Source of the DNA: Hyphochytrium catenoides
Lineage: Eukaryota; Protista; Hyphochytriomycota
Assembly (NCBI GenBank): GCA_900088475.1
Contig: FLMG01004170.1
Location: forward strand, 1-36,985
Reading direction: 5' to 3'
DNA length: 36,985 nt
Below, one piece after another: positions 21,401 to 35,329 of the stretch. The stretch's first letter is position 1, and each line of letters begins with the position of its first letter. The translations under genes were made by a program, and so were the position numbers. The notes below the pieces were generated by a model that saw only the letters and a list, made by a program, of their open reading frames with translations, was not told where the DNA came from and ran no database searches.

Positions 21401-24025
21401 CCCGTGCGAGAGAGCGGGAGGACTAAAAAAAAAAGCCGCAGGACGGTTTACCTTCTAGAGCCGCCTGCTGTGGGCTCTTCTGTGGCACAATCCTCATAAA
21501 GATGTTGGCCACTGTCAGCAGATAGTCCGCGTTGACCTGGCAGAGCATGTTGCCCAACCCAACATTCAATTGCTTGAGGAGGAAGATATCTGCCCGGAGA
21601 GACAGAGTGATAAAGAATGACGGAAGCGCGAAGAGTGGCAAGGAGAGGAAGGTAAGGTTTTAGATGGGGTGTGTGTGAGAGAGAGAGAGACAGGAGGTAG
21701 ACACGGACCTGTGCTTGGGTCTGTGTCCAGCTTTAACGTAAGGAAAGGTTTCTCCCCTTTCTCTGGCGTCCAGTTCTCTTGACGGTCAGACCTAAACCCA
21801 CTATCCTTGGGCACAAACACCAGCGGATACTGACTGCCTTCCGTCATATCATCTGATCAGAGAAAGAAAAGTAGAGGAAATGATCAGTAGCAACCCTTGG
21901 GACAGACAGAGAGACAGACGGACAAGGAGTAGGAGACAAACGCAGAAGAGGCAGCTTGTCCAGCGGAAAGGACAATACACGAAAAGAGAGAAAAGCCGAA
22001 CAGAGGCAGGAGAGAAGTAAACGAGCTATTGAAAGCATACAGAGCACAGCTGCAAAGAGAACGCGAACGCGTCTGCCCCTAAAGCGGGATAGAGGAGTAA
22101 AACCCCGGGAACTGAGCCAATATCCCTACCAATCTCCATGTGATGCAGACTGAGCTCCACCTTCCTCGACTTGGGCGGCGACTGGATGGCCAAATCCTCA
22201 AGATAAACAGTGAGAAGCTCTCTGGGGCGAGAGTCAATGATGTTCACGGTCACTCCCAAGAGGCGGACATCGACAGCCACGTAGGACAGAAAACTGCCGA
22301 TTGGGTTGTTAGACGTCATGAGTAGAAGAGGAGGAAAGCGACTAGAGTAACAACCAAAGTACAAAGCCAGGATCATCCGTCCTTAAGGAAGAGTCCGAAA
22401 GAAAGAGAAAAGGAAAGAGAGGAGACACAGGCTCCGTCGCTTAATAATCCTCAGACATAGGAAAGAAGGCAAAAAGAGGGATAAACACTTACCCTTCACC
22501 TTTCCGGGCGAGGTCATAGTGTGTGATAGGCGCATCCCTAAAGCAGAGCACGCGAGTGTTGTTCTCCACGTAGATCTCCGCATAGACATGGGTCATCCCA
22601 TCTAAGAGCCAAGAGAGATGATGAAAAGAGACAGAGCGAGAGGGGGTGAGAGACAGAGTAATGTTTGAGAGAACCAGAGCAAGAAGTACGAAAGACTGTG
22701 CGAACCGAGGAAACGCTTCCGCCTTGGAAAGGGCGAAAGTCACTATCAAGAGCGTGCACAAGAAGCGGGCTTTGCATTCATTCCCCCTTACCGTCAGGAG
22801 AGAAGACTGGCAGGGTCTTGATCTCAGACAGCTTGACCCTAAAGCGCTGCTTCCCGACCTTGACCTCAAGCTCAAGATCCTCATTTCCCCCGCTTCCCTG
22901 GCTCTCCCAGGCCCAGGAAGCCCATCGGAGGGGCTCGAGCGAGACAGAAGTTGCTCCTTCCAGTCCGGCTTGATGGTAAGTGATGGAGTGCTTCGTGCTC
23001 CTGAGAGATAAAAATAAGAGAGAAGGAGATGATCCATCGTCAGGTATACGTGGGCTTAGGCTACATTTCCCTCTTCACTTAGTCTCTCTAAACTCCTTAC
23101 TTATTGTCAATCCGGAACGGGGGCTTCTCGGTTACATCCTCAATGACGATGTAGGAGGTTGGACCCTGCATCGAGACGGACAGAGAGAAAAGAGGACCGT
23201 CGCCCTGCACGCCCTGAGACCATAGGAAGATATCCCGGTCCTCGTCTACTGGCAGAAGCTCCGACCAGCCAGCATTAGCAGAGGCATCTGTAAGAATAAA
23301 CAGCAATATGATGCAGAGTTCAGTTAGCAAGAACCCCAGACAAGGTTGAAAATATTGACCGTGGTATCTCTTGGGAGAGCCAGAGACGTGGAGCTCTTAC
23401 CTGACGGTGAGCTGCTGATATCCTTCAGTCTAATGCCCTTCTTTTTGTCCTCCTTGCCATAAAACTGATAGAGAATGGCGCTTTCCCCTGCCTTTACTTC
23501 CAGCAGCTCCACGTTACGCCTCGTCTTCTCTCTTTCGTCCATAAAATCGACTGTTGCTCCCTTGCGGCCGATGTTCAGCGGTGCAATCTTCAGGAGCTGC
23601 TTGGTGTTATTCTGCAAAACGTATCGTGGATGCAATGTGACGATCTTTGTCCGTAGATACTGCGCCGGAGCGACTTGAACTTCGTATGCCAAGGTGTAGG
23701 AGCCTTTGTTCTCAATGGTTCCAGGATATCCCACGCTGCATAAAGACAGAGCAAGGTAGGTGAGGACAAAGAAGAAAGAAAGAAGAAGAGAGAGATGGGG
23801 CGCCCGCGCCCGAAGACTGAGAGAGAAGAGAGAGAACTTACTTGGTTATGTCCACAGAACTGCTCCAGTCAGGCTTGGGGTCCGCGATCTTCGTTTTTGT
23901 CCGTGGGCTAAAGCCTGAGAGCCAGTCATTGTTGTCTCCTTCTTCAGGATCGGTTTCTGGAAGAATTGAGAGCTTCTCTTTGTTGTGATGAGAGGTCATG
24001 ATGATAGGAACCTGGGGGACAGCCA

Positions 24026-24056
<31 letters not shown>

Positions 24057-26979
24057 AGAGCATGGTGACAGACGCTGACGGTTAGATAGTAGTCTAGAGA
24101 CACAAGCAGAAGAAGCGGCAACAGCACTGGACTCCAGACCAGTCTTTCAGAAGTAGTAAAGACTCAGAAAAGCCAAAGACAGCAAGAGACGTGCATGTCG
24201 TCTCTCTTTTTCCCCTTCTCTCTCTCTTCTCAAAGTCCGCGTTGCGGGAATACCTCGTTATTGTTGAATATCTCCCTATTTTCTCTGTCGCTGGTTTGCA
24301 AGCTTGAGGCCTTGTATCGCATTGGCAGATTCGTCTTGTTGAACAGCCAGAACGAGGCAGAAGCCACTAGTTGAGGAGTGTGGCCCTCGTACCACGTGGG
24401 CACCAGCTGGAACTCGATCGACGGCGGGAAAGAGATCTAAGGCGAAGAAGAGGGTCAGCGCAGTAGGGCAGGTCCTGGATATAGGCTAATCTAACATGGG
24501 ACAACCGAAGAAGAGAGAGGAAGGAGTAAAAACGACAGCTGCAAGAAGAGAGAGGCCATAAAAGAGGAGGAAAAGAAAGAGGTCCATACCGACAACTTTG
24601 TGGAACAGAAGCTCTTCTCTCCTCTGCTGAAGAGCGGGATCCAAATATCCTTGGACCAGTCCGTAAACTTCTCTTCCACCCGCGTGGGGTGCAGTCTTTC
24701 CTTTTCTTCTTCGTCTCCTTGTCCGTCCCGCGTCTCCTCTTCATCCTTAGACTTTCCAGAGACGAAGTTGTTCATCAATCTGACCCGTAGCCAAGCGTCC
24801 TTGCTCATGGTCAGCCCCGAAATCTGTTGCTTTTGTCCCGAGTCCACCATGCCTTTCCGCGCATTAACTCCCGTCACAGCATCAAAGAGCTCGTCCAAAC
24901 GTCCCTTTCCACCGCGTTTGTCTCCTCCTCTACTTCGCCTCCTTGATCGTCCTCCTTCGGATGCTTCGTCTCCTCCTCCTCCTCCGCCTGAAGTCATGGA
25001 AGAGAGAGTATCGCTCGCTCTTAGGTCTCCTCCGCCAGCGCCTGAGGCTGTGGAAGGGTTGGTGTCCGCGGAGGCCGCGCTGGCTCTCTCAGAAGATTTC
25101 CCGGTCGCCGTCAGACTTCCATCAAGATCTGCAGATGGTCTCAGCCCGCGCTGGCTCTCCGGCTCTGGCTCGTCCTGGCTAAAGTCTGAGAACTCATCAT
25201 CGTCCTGGACAATCTTATATTCCATTGCCACGGGCAACGTATTCTCAAAGATAAACTGAGGCAAGATGTTGATCTGATAGTCAAAGCAGCTCTCCTGGTT
25301 GTTAACGGTATGTCTGGTCATGGTTAGCGGCTGCTCATCTATCCTGTCAGCCAGTGGGAACGTGAAGTTACCGTCCTCATCGGTGACCTTCACCGAGGAC
25401 GTGGTAGCTGACTCTTGCGCCTTCTTCTTCTCTTTCGCAATCTTCTCTTTCAACGCCTTGTCTTCGTCTTCTGTCGTGGTGCGGAGCTTGAGCTTGTTGC
25501 TCCATTCTTTCTCACCTACTTGCCTGATGGCGTAGTAACCCTTGTCAACGAGAGGAAGAGGAATGGCGATGCGATCGCAGCCAGCTACAGAGAGGAAAGG
25601 CTCTGTTCCACTCTTTCTCGCAGCTTCGTCAGGTCGGTCCCTTGTCAGCTGTCGTTCTTCGCTATCCTCTTCTTCCTTCTCTTCCCTAAGGCGCCCAACC
25701 TTAGATCTCCAGGTCTGAAGATCTTCCCCTGCGGGCCCGACAACTTTCTCGTTCTCATCGTAGAACTGAACCTCAGTGACGGAAGCCATGGCATTGCGGA
25801 TCTGCAGATTTGATCTCAGAGAAGCGCAGAGGCCGTTGGTGGAGTCGGAGGTGAAGTGAACAGCGATCCGCTTTGGAGACACTGAGGCCAGACAGCGCTG
25901 GATATAACCCTGCACCCTTCCATAGTTGTTTCCATCCTTTGCTATTGAAAGCCTGAAGAGCCCGTAAGCTTGGAGGAGAGACGTCTCTGTTGGCGGCTGC
26001 TGGGTGTACAGCTTCTTCCCTAGCTCGTACAGCTCTTCCTCTGTCTCTTTCCCAGAGAGAGAGAAGGGCAGCTTTGGGATAAGCTCGTAGATGAGGACGT
26101 CCATGTTGTCCAAGCTAATGTTAGAGATGGGCTCGAATCCATCTATCTCCATCCTCATTGTGCGCCTAGCTTGCTTGGTACTTCTCTCGATGGCAGAGAC
26201 AAAGTGACGGAATGGAATCTCTTTCTTCCGCGGGTCTTCCTCTATCAAGTCTTGGTTTTCCTCTACGTCTGCTCTTCCTTTCTCTTTCTCCAGTTCTTCA
26301 TCTCTTGACTGCTGCGCAAGCTCAAGAAACCGATCAACTTCTTCCTTCAGTTGCTCCTCTGATAGACCTTTGGCCTTGTAGACGCCAGTAAGGAGGTCGC
26401 GGACTTGGTCAACGGAGAGAGAGCCATTCTCGTCCTCGTCTTCTTCTCTAAAAAGTGCGCACAGCTGTTTCTTCCTTGTCCTCTCTTGCTGCTCTTGCAT
26501 GTCTTCAAGGGTTTCGTCCTAGAAGCCAGTCATACGTTAGCCTTAGACCGCAGCAAGAGGAGAGACTAGTCTGTCTTCATGGTCATCTATCGTCCCTCTC
26601 GTGGTGTCTCCCACTTTGGGCATTGTCTCCTCTTCTAAAGTTCCTAACAGACCAGCGTTGTCCTGGGCAGTCATTTCCTCTCCTCTCTCCCTGTGTCTCT
26701 TCTGTCTCCGTCGACTTTTCTCTCTTCCCTCTCTTCCTCTCTCCCCATCTTTGGAATTCTCTCTTTTCATTCGTCCTTTCATCATGCAGCGCCTGCGTCT
26801 CCCTGTTCTCTCACCTTGATAATACAGGGCTTCCATTGCAGGTGTTCCAGCTCCACCGGAGGGTTGGGCCTTGCGTCAGACTCCTGGGCGATGGACTCTA
26901 CCACGCACACGACGCGGTAACCAGTTTGGTTGTGCACCTGCAAAAGAGAGTGTGTTTGTTCGTTTGTGTGTGTGAGAGC

Positions 26980-27013
<34 letters not shown>

Positions 27014-30000
27014 GAGAGAAAGGGAGGGGGTAAGGGAAGAGAATGAGCAAAACCATTAGTGAAGAGGCTGTATATCATGCGGAAAAGGCTGTGGCAAGGG
27101 ACAGGGATGTGAGAGAAGGTGTGGTCGTATGTACAAGATGATGTTCGACCCATGTAGAAGAATGAACGTCGCGTACGGCCTATCACAGAGACAGAGAAAG
27201 AGGAGCCAGAGAGAGAGAGAGAGGTTGAGAGGGTGCATACCCAGAATAGCCCTCCAATGTCATTGATGTGTGGCCGCTCTTTCTCCCTTGGCTTCAGCTT
27301 GGATGAGAAGGATTCAATGGTCGCCTTCACATGCTGAAGGAAAGAGGAACGACAAGAGGAAGTGAGCCACTCTATGAAAGAACGGTACAATGAATAGGAG
27401 AAAGAAGCATGCTACCAACGGAAACATAAGGGCAGCGCAAAGAGACAGAGAGAGAGAGATTAGGAGAGAATAATAACTAGAGAGAGCAAGAGAACAAGAG
27501 AGAATAAGAGCTAGAGAGAGCAAGAGAAAGAGCCCAACCTTGAGGAGTGCGTCCGTGCAGTTGATGTTGAAATAATAGCGCGAGAGCAGCTGCAAGTTGA
27601 GGTCCGCGTTGGGCTCTTTGTAGAGGGCAAGCTGGCCTGAAGAGTAGGAACAGCACACGTGAGGCAGGGTCAACATAAGGAGGGAACCGTGATAGAGAGA
27701 GAGAAGGAAAGAGAAAGGAGAGAGAGAAAGAGGCACAAATTTAAGGAAAGGCCGGTAGATGGACAGTTGGAGGAGCATGGGTGAGACAAGACCGGGAAGA
27801 GAGATATATAGAGAAGAGATTGACGGAGCACGATAACCCAAAAAATGAAGGGCAGGGTGAAGGAGAAGAGAGAGGAGAGAGGCGAGGAGAATGGCAAGGA
27901 TTGTCGCGGGGATACCTCCGTAAGGCTCAATGAAAGGCTCCATGGCTTTAACGCTTGCATTGTAATACTCGCCACGAAGGAAAAAAGAGAGAGAACAAGA
28001 CACAATATCCTGGAGATGGGAAGAACAAGGAGAACGCCAAGGGGAGAACATTTCGTCAGGTCCGGTCGCTAATGACACCCGCGGGGGAGCGGAAGAGAGA
28101 GAGAGAGAACGCACCGAGACAGGTAGCAGCTAAGACTTGTTTTATCAAGCCAAAATGAGTCAGACACACGATCCAAAGAGAGAGAGAAAAGGGGAGAGAG
28201 AGCGAAAGAGAAGACAGACGCTTATTCACCCTTTTCCCAAAGTAAACGAGTCTCTTACCTGGGGATAAAAGAGCTGCCCTGGCGCTTTCTGCTGGGTCCT
28301 GTCAGGCGTTCCTCCTTCCCAGATAGCGAGACCCACCAGCAGATTAACGCCTTCGACAGAGAATCTCAGGGCAGACTGGCCGGTAGGCAGACGCGGGTCA
28401 TGGAGAGAGACATCGAGCCCGCCAAACTCTGTCTCTACATCCGTGCGGACAAGCATCGGTCTCCTCTTTCTCTCTCTCTTCTCTTTCTCCCGCTCTCGTT
28501 CTTCGTCAGTCAAAGAAGTGGCAGAAAGTTCTAGCACTTTTTCCATAAGCTTCTGCACCTCTGTGACCCCTTCAATAGGAGAAGAGCCTCTTAGAAGCCA
28601 GGGAGAGCGGTCTGCTCTGGAGCGGAGAAAGGGAAGAATCAACTTCTTCCAGGCCTTCCGTGCAAAGTCGTGGGAGCGGAAGAGACGGACTAGTTTCTCC
28701 TGGATGATCCTGACAAGATCGACAAGGAGAAACAGCGATAGAGCGCCATTAGTTACGGTCTTAATAGCCAGACAGAAGAGGAAGAGGATCTCTAAGAAAT
28801 AACTTTCAGTGAGAATAAGGCACAGAAAGAATTGTGAGAGATACATTCGCTCTCAAAAGCACACGCAGCTGCAAAACAGAGTCAAGCATTGAAGCTCCAT
28901 CGATTGCTTTCTTGCCACTTACAATGGGCTCTGTCCATTCAAAGACTGGAGAGTGACCTCGCATTCGCGCTGGTAGATCTCATAAAAAAGTCGAAGGGAG
29001 AGCTTTGTGACTTCCTCACTTCCTTCGGGCCCATAGCGCGCTCTGGCGGCACTGTGAAGCTCAAAGAGTCTCTTCTGCATTGCTGCAAGGGAAGCAGCAG
29101 GCTTGTCCTCGCAAGAAGCAGGAAGAGAGGCATCGTCAGAAGTCGAAGTGTCTAGTGCCGCCGGACTCTTTCTTTGCGATGACTCCTCGGAAGGCTGTGA
29201 CAGCGCTGCTTGCACTTCAACGGGCGTTCCTTCTCCAGGGTAAACGGTAGGGAAACGCGTTAGTTGCTCCTGAGTGACTTCGTCTCTTCTCTCTGCTTCC
29301 TGTCGGTGCTGCTGCTCGGCCTCAAGCTCTTCTTCTGGGATGTCTGAGGAATCCAGCACAACGCCTGCAGCTTCATCGACGCTCAACAAAATATCTTCAC
29401 GGAGATCTTCAGATGCCTCGTTACCAGGGTCAAGATCCGCATTGGCGCCTCCTCGGGTATCCGTCCGCGGCCGGCTGCTAGGTCCGATGACGACGGCATT
29501 GTTAGGATTATATCCGCGCGACCATAAATCTTCATCCAGAATCTCTACTGGAGCGCGTCCGTAGTAAAAATGGCTGGGATCTGAAAAATCTCCGATCTCT
29601 TCCGGACGCTGCTTTGAGATGATCTCTGCATATTTCTCCGCCAGCTCCTTCGTATAGAAGTTGTCCGCGTATTCCTCAGCCACAAGGCGCGCATGGCCCT
29701 GATGTTTCTGCTTGTACTGCGTCTCTGAGGGATCCATAAAATGAAGGAACTCCTGGAGAGAGATGTCTCCACTGTTGTCCTCATCGACCACGGAGAAGAA
29801 CTCGTGCACCATCTCCTCCAATTCTGTGATAACAAGCAGGATAAGACGAAACGGGAGAAGGGGAAGCGGGAGAGAGATAGACAGAGAGAGAAAGAGAAAA
29901 GGAGACAAAGCGAGAGAGAGAGAGTGGCAGCGTAGGTGACGTCAAGGTTACGATAAAGTCAGCAACGGGTTTAAAACGATAAGAGAACGAGCACCAAAAC

Positions 30001-32399
30001 GACGGAGAGCGAGACAGAGCGGAACAAGAGAAGGAGAGAAAGCAAAAAGACGCAAAAGAGAGACCTCTCTAGCCACGCAGAAGCCAGAATGTACCTGTTA
30101 GCGTGATACTCTTCTTCATCACGCGGAGGAGAAGCTCCTTGATCTCCTCTCGGGTGAGAGAACCCGTCTCATTCTTATCAATGTCTTCGAAGATTTCTCG
30201 GAATCGCTTCAGAGACGCTTCTTTCTCTTCCTTCTTGAGCTCTTTCTCTTTCTTCTCTCTCTCTTTCCTTGCCTCTTTCGTGCTCTTTGTGTCCTCCATC
30301 GCCGACGAAGCCATACGTTTGCCCATAGCTAACAGCAAGGCCACATCGTCTTTGGAAAAATGTATGGAACAGACTTTGAACTTGGCATAAAGACAGCGCT
30401 GAGCCCTTGGAGGCTCGATGAGAATGTCTGAGGGCTCTCTCCCGTCAATATCGGAAGAAGAAGGGTGAGGAAGAAATGTCGGAGCCTGCAGGCTTTCTTT
30501 CTCTTCCTTCTCTTCTCCTTCCGCTTCTTTCTTTTCACTGCCTCTCTTCTCCGCCATTCTGCCCCCTGCGTCCACGTCGTGGACACGAGGAAAGCGCTCT
30601 TCCTCTTTTGAAGAGAGAGTCTCTTCCTTCTTGTCAAGGTAAGTTTTGAGCGCAGACTCCTCTCTCTTGCTCCCGTCAGAGAGTTTGAATGGAGCTTGGG
30701 ACTCTTGGGAAGGAGAGGAGGAAGATTGGTGCAGAACAACTGCCTTTCGACCTTCTACTTCTCTCTTCTCCTCTCCCTCGCCGCTTTCTTTCTCTTCGTC
30801 TCCTTCTGCCTCCTCATCCAACTTGATTAAATGTGTGTCCAGCACAATGTCAATGTCAGGACCAGGGCCTTGAGGCAAAAGAGTCGGGAAGAGGGAAGAC
30901 CGTACACACACGTTAGCCTGAATAATTTTAGAGATAGATAGAGAGACAAGCCCAGGGTATCAGAGAGAGAGAGAGAGTGAGAGAGAGAGAGAGAGAGATG
31001 CGGAAGACGTTTCGTACCTGATAGCTCGAGCAAGCTCCTATTGGTTTCGGGCTTTGTAAACTTGATTCCTCTCTCTTCCGCCTCAATAGAACAAGGTTCC
31101 AGCGTCACCTCGTCAAGCTGAAGAGAGATCTTCTCTCTCTCTTGACTGCTCTCTATCTCAAAGAAGAGGGAAGATGACAGGCCGATGGTGTGGCTCTTCT
31201 TGACACTAGAGGGGGCAGAATGAGAACAGAAGACGTGAGCAAAATCAAAAAGCAAGATCGTGACAGGCGACGAGGAAAGGCAAACAAAAAGAAGAACTGC
31301 GACGGTCTGTACCTCTTCCGGCGGCCTCGTAGCTCTTCTTCTTCTCTCTCTCTCTCCTCTTTCTTTCTCTCTTTTCCTGTTTCCCCGTTTCTCTCTCTAT
31401 CTCTCTTCTCACCTGTAGTCGAGGGCCGCGACAACCTCCACGCCGGTGATGGCCAGTCCGACCATCACAGCGGAGAGATCAATCACATTCTTGGGAATCA
31501 GAGAAAAAAGCAGAACCGGACTGTATGGCTGGACATCGTCCCTAACATAAACTATAGGATCCGGATGCCGCCGAAGATTTTCTGGCGGCTTTCTGGGCTC
31601 GAACTCCTTTGGAAGAGTGTACAGCGCGCCTATGAGGTCCTGCGCCGCCTCCATCACGGGCTCAACATTGGCAATGATTGAGAAATCCTGGAGCTCAAGA
31701 GAGCACTCCGCTATTCCATTGGCGAGGATGCGCGAGTTGAGGACGAGCATCTTCGAGCATTCTGGGTTCTTATCCATCAGACTCTTGAAGACGTTGGCGG
31801 AGGACTCTCGGCTGGGGTGAGACAAGGGGATGAGACACAGAGGATAGCGGAATTAGAGTGAGAGAGAGAGAGAGAGAGAGAGAGGGACAGAGGAGAGACA
31901 GCATCTTGGAAGGTATAAAAAGAGAGAGGAGGAGAGGAAGAAGAGGAAGCGCTTACTCATCCGTGAGCCTCAGTCTCTCCAATTCCATCGTCAGTCCGAC
32001 CCAAGGCGTTTCTCCCTCCATGTCATACAGTCCAACAGCGCCTCCAATTCCAAGGCCCTCTATGGACAAAGTTAGCAGCTTTCTCTCTCTTTGTGCTCTC
32101 TCCTTCGTCTTCTCCTTTAAGACAGAGACAGAGAGGGAGTGCAGCTGGAAGTCCAGAGTCACGCAGCGGACGAAGAGATTCGAGTCTTCAAACTCCTTGA
32201 GCGAGTGGTCATACCACCTTCCACGCCAAGAAAAGCGAAAGAGAGAGAGAGAGAGAAAGGGAGAGTAAGAGAGAGAGAAAGAAAGGAAAGAGAATGTGAA
32301 TGAACAGAGCAAGTTAGTCAACACAACCCACGAAGCTACACAGAGAGAGAGTGGGAGGGAGAGCGAGAAGGAAAGACAGAGAGAGAGACAAACCCAGAT

Positions 32400-32430
<31 letters not shown>

Positions 32431-34902
32431 CCCACCCGACGGTCTTGCTGACAAGTGTCATAAGGTCCGCTTCTAGAGATGCCTCTGATGGCGCATCTTT
32501 CACCTTCTCTCCCCCCGAGGGCACATTGAACCGTCGCGCCATCGCTCTTCCTCGAAGTATTTCCTTGATCTCCATCTTCTTCTCCAACTCTGAGAGCTGC
32601 TTCTGAGTACGGACACGGAGAGAACGAGCAAGAGGGCCCTCGCCTTCTAGAATAGCAAAGCTGAAAGGAAGAAAGCGAGAAGTAAGCCAATATATATATA
32701 GGACTCACCAGACTACCTGCTCCATCTCTCTCTCTCTCTCTCTCATTCTCTCTCTCTCTTCGTTCCCGCGCTCTCTGCCTCTCTGTACCCTGGTCTTGCT
32801 CAATTTTTCTGTACCGGCAGGACTTTCTTGTTCCTCTCCTCTTACGTCTCCTTGTTCGTATGCCTCTATTTCTCCCTCTATATATAACAAACAGCGGTCC
32901 CTCTCTCCCGACTGAATCTCTCTCTCTCATCTCTCTTTCTCTTCTGCCCACTTTCTCCCTTCTAGATGTACATTGAATCCGTCTCCGGACCATGGCTACG
33001 TACCACTCTCGATAAGCTCGGAACTCTTCTGGTCTCAGCTGCATGAGAGACACTTCATCTGCCGCCTGGGCATGTGCCTTTCAAACGGAGACGAAAGAGA
33101 GTGAGCAGCAATCTCAGCAGCTATCTTTGGTATATAACCTTGCTGCCTCTCCAGTCTCTCTTTCTCTCTCTCTCTCTCTTCTTCTCTCTCTGATGTCCGT
33201 ACCTGCCAGTTTAGGAAATATTGCATGTGATCCCAGACGCCGAAGAGTCCTCTCAAAGTGTCAGGCTGAAGAGTGAGCGGGACATTTTTTATAGAGAGAG
33301 AAACCTTCACCAGCTTCAAAATTGGAGGAGAGAGACCGACAAGGAAATGCTGCGGACGCAGAAGACCCTGGAAGACGGGAGGCATCTCCACTCTTAGGTC
33401 CAACCGCATTGGCCGCAGAGCGTAAAAGTGTCTCTCCACTTTCTCCCTCTCTCTCTCGTTCTCCAGATCAATGGCTCGGTTCTCATAGTCAACCAAAATG
33501 ACCGCAAGATCCTAAGGAATAGACGTAACACACAGGGTTGAGTACAAAAGAAAACGGCGATCATCGTTCTCCTATGCAGCCTTTCTCTCTCTCCTTTCTC
33601 ATTTTCTCTCTCTTGCTCCTCTGTCTGTCTCTTTCTTCTCTCGATCTCCCTTTGTTAAACGTGCTTAGATTTGCCTTCCTGCAAATGCCTTTCCCATCGT
33701 GCCGACTTTGCTTCTTTTGCTCTCTCTCTCTCTCTNNNNNNNNNNNNNNNNNNNNNNNNNNNNNNNNNNNNNNNNNNNNNNNNNNNNNNNNNNNNNNNTA
33801 CTCCTTCCTCCTTCTTCGGGTTAACATGTCTCGCCGTCGTGTACTCTGTGTCCACATACACCGCCAGGCCATTTACCGTGAGATTCCGAAGCCGAGTGGT
33901 GGTCTACAGGGAACGGGACCACAGAGAAAGAGAGAAAGGGGAAAAGAGAGAAAGAGAGATGGATAGAGAGAGAGAGAGAGAGAGAGAGATATGAGATCAG
34001 GCCCAACCTTAGAAGAAATTAGGGCTGCTTTTCCGACGCACAAGGTATAATGAAAGAGGTAGATTACGTGCGGTATACGGACAACAGAGAATCATCAAAG
34101 CCTTACACGAGGGAAACACGGGAACGGAGAGAGAGAGAGAGAGAGAGAGAGTCAATCGGAGAACTGGGGAAGCGTACATGTGCCTTGATCTCTCCTTTCT
34201 CCAGCTGAATCTCTGCCAGTTCCAGCCCCACGGTGGCCATCTTAGCAGTGAACACGCGGACGGAGATCTCCTTCACGAGAAGAGAGAGATTGTCGATGAT
34301 GACGTCGAGCTTCTCCTGCCACCAGGGAAGAGATGGAGGTTCCTCTCCCTCGGACGCGTTTCTCTTTTCCTCTTCAAACTTCTGAGTTGTCTCCTGCGCA
34401 CCTTGCTATATATATAGAGAGAGGAAGAAAGCAAGAAAGAGGGGCGGTGAGTTGCTCATTAGCTGCTTATCTCTCTCTCTCTCTCTCTCGCTCTCCCTTT
34501 TTCTTTTTTCTCTCTCTTTCTCTCTGTCCAGCTTACAATTTGTTCCATTTTCTGCCGGATGGTGCTCCACAGCAAGTTTGCCTGGGCTATACGGGCAGCA
34601 CATGCGGCCTCCACTGCCTGACGGAACCGATCTGCGTTCTGCAAGAGAAGAGAGAGAGAGAGACAGAGAGAGACACAGAGAGAGAGAGAGAGAGAGATCT
34701 ATTTAGTTCAAGAACAGCACTTAAAGGTTGAGAAGATTGATGGCAAAGAAAGGAAGAGAGAAAGTAAAAAAAAATAAAGAAGAAGGTAATGCGCAAACGT
34801 TGAGAATGGAGACATGAAGGAGAGAGACATGAAGAAGAGAAGAATAGAAGCCCAACGGAGAGATGGCAGGGAGCGAAAGAGGAGGAGAGGCAAACACATA
34901 CT

Positions 34903-34946
<44 letters not shown>

Positions 34947-35295
34947 CTCCTCCAGCTGTGGGTCCCAGTAATCGTTCCCTTGAGACAAAAGATCGCAGGT
35001 GAGCCCCTCAACGTGGACTTCCACACTTCCTCCTCTGCCGAAGGGGCAAAATGATGCCCAGGAAGAAAGAGAGCAGGTGAGAGACACGAGGGAGAGAGAG
35101 ACAAGGAGAGAGAGAGAGAGAGAGAAGAGTAGTTAAGAAAGTGGAGTAGTGAGAAGGGAAGAGGGGAAAGAGAGAAGATCCCAAGGCAGCAACATCGGAG
35201 ACGATGAGGGGAGAAAAGAGAAGGGCATAGGAGACATCTGAACGAGAAAGAGAAGTGTGGAGAGACAAAGTCCAAAAGCAGTCATAAGGTTGAAG

Positions 35296-35329
<34 letters not shown>

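Noticed and set aside
22489-23037. 182-aa ORF taken as a VPS13 exon
   Set aside because: Splice phases show that exon 22792-23000 is read in another frame (STKHSITYHQAG...WASWAWE...FSPD), which fits the VAB pattern.
18480-25813. Long plus-strand ORFs (18480-19247, 24600-25259 and others)
   Set aside because: They are antisense shadows of Glu/Lys-rich VPS13 exons with Ser/Phe-rich composition and no motifs.
26543-26836. 97-aa ORF as an extra VPS13 exon
   Set aside because: A phase-0 intron at 26519-26814 (gtgaga...gctaac...ttctag) joins the flanking exons cleanly, and this ORF is in another frame and ends in a stop.
32642-32966. 9-bp direct repeat (tctagaagg on the minus strand) as the target-site duplication of an insertion
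   Set aside because: Removing the enclosed segment leaves the wrong reading frame for the downstream exon, so it is probably chance.
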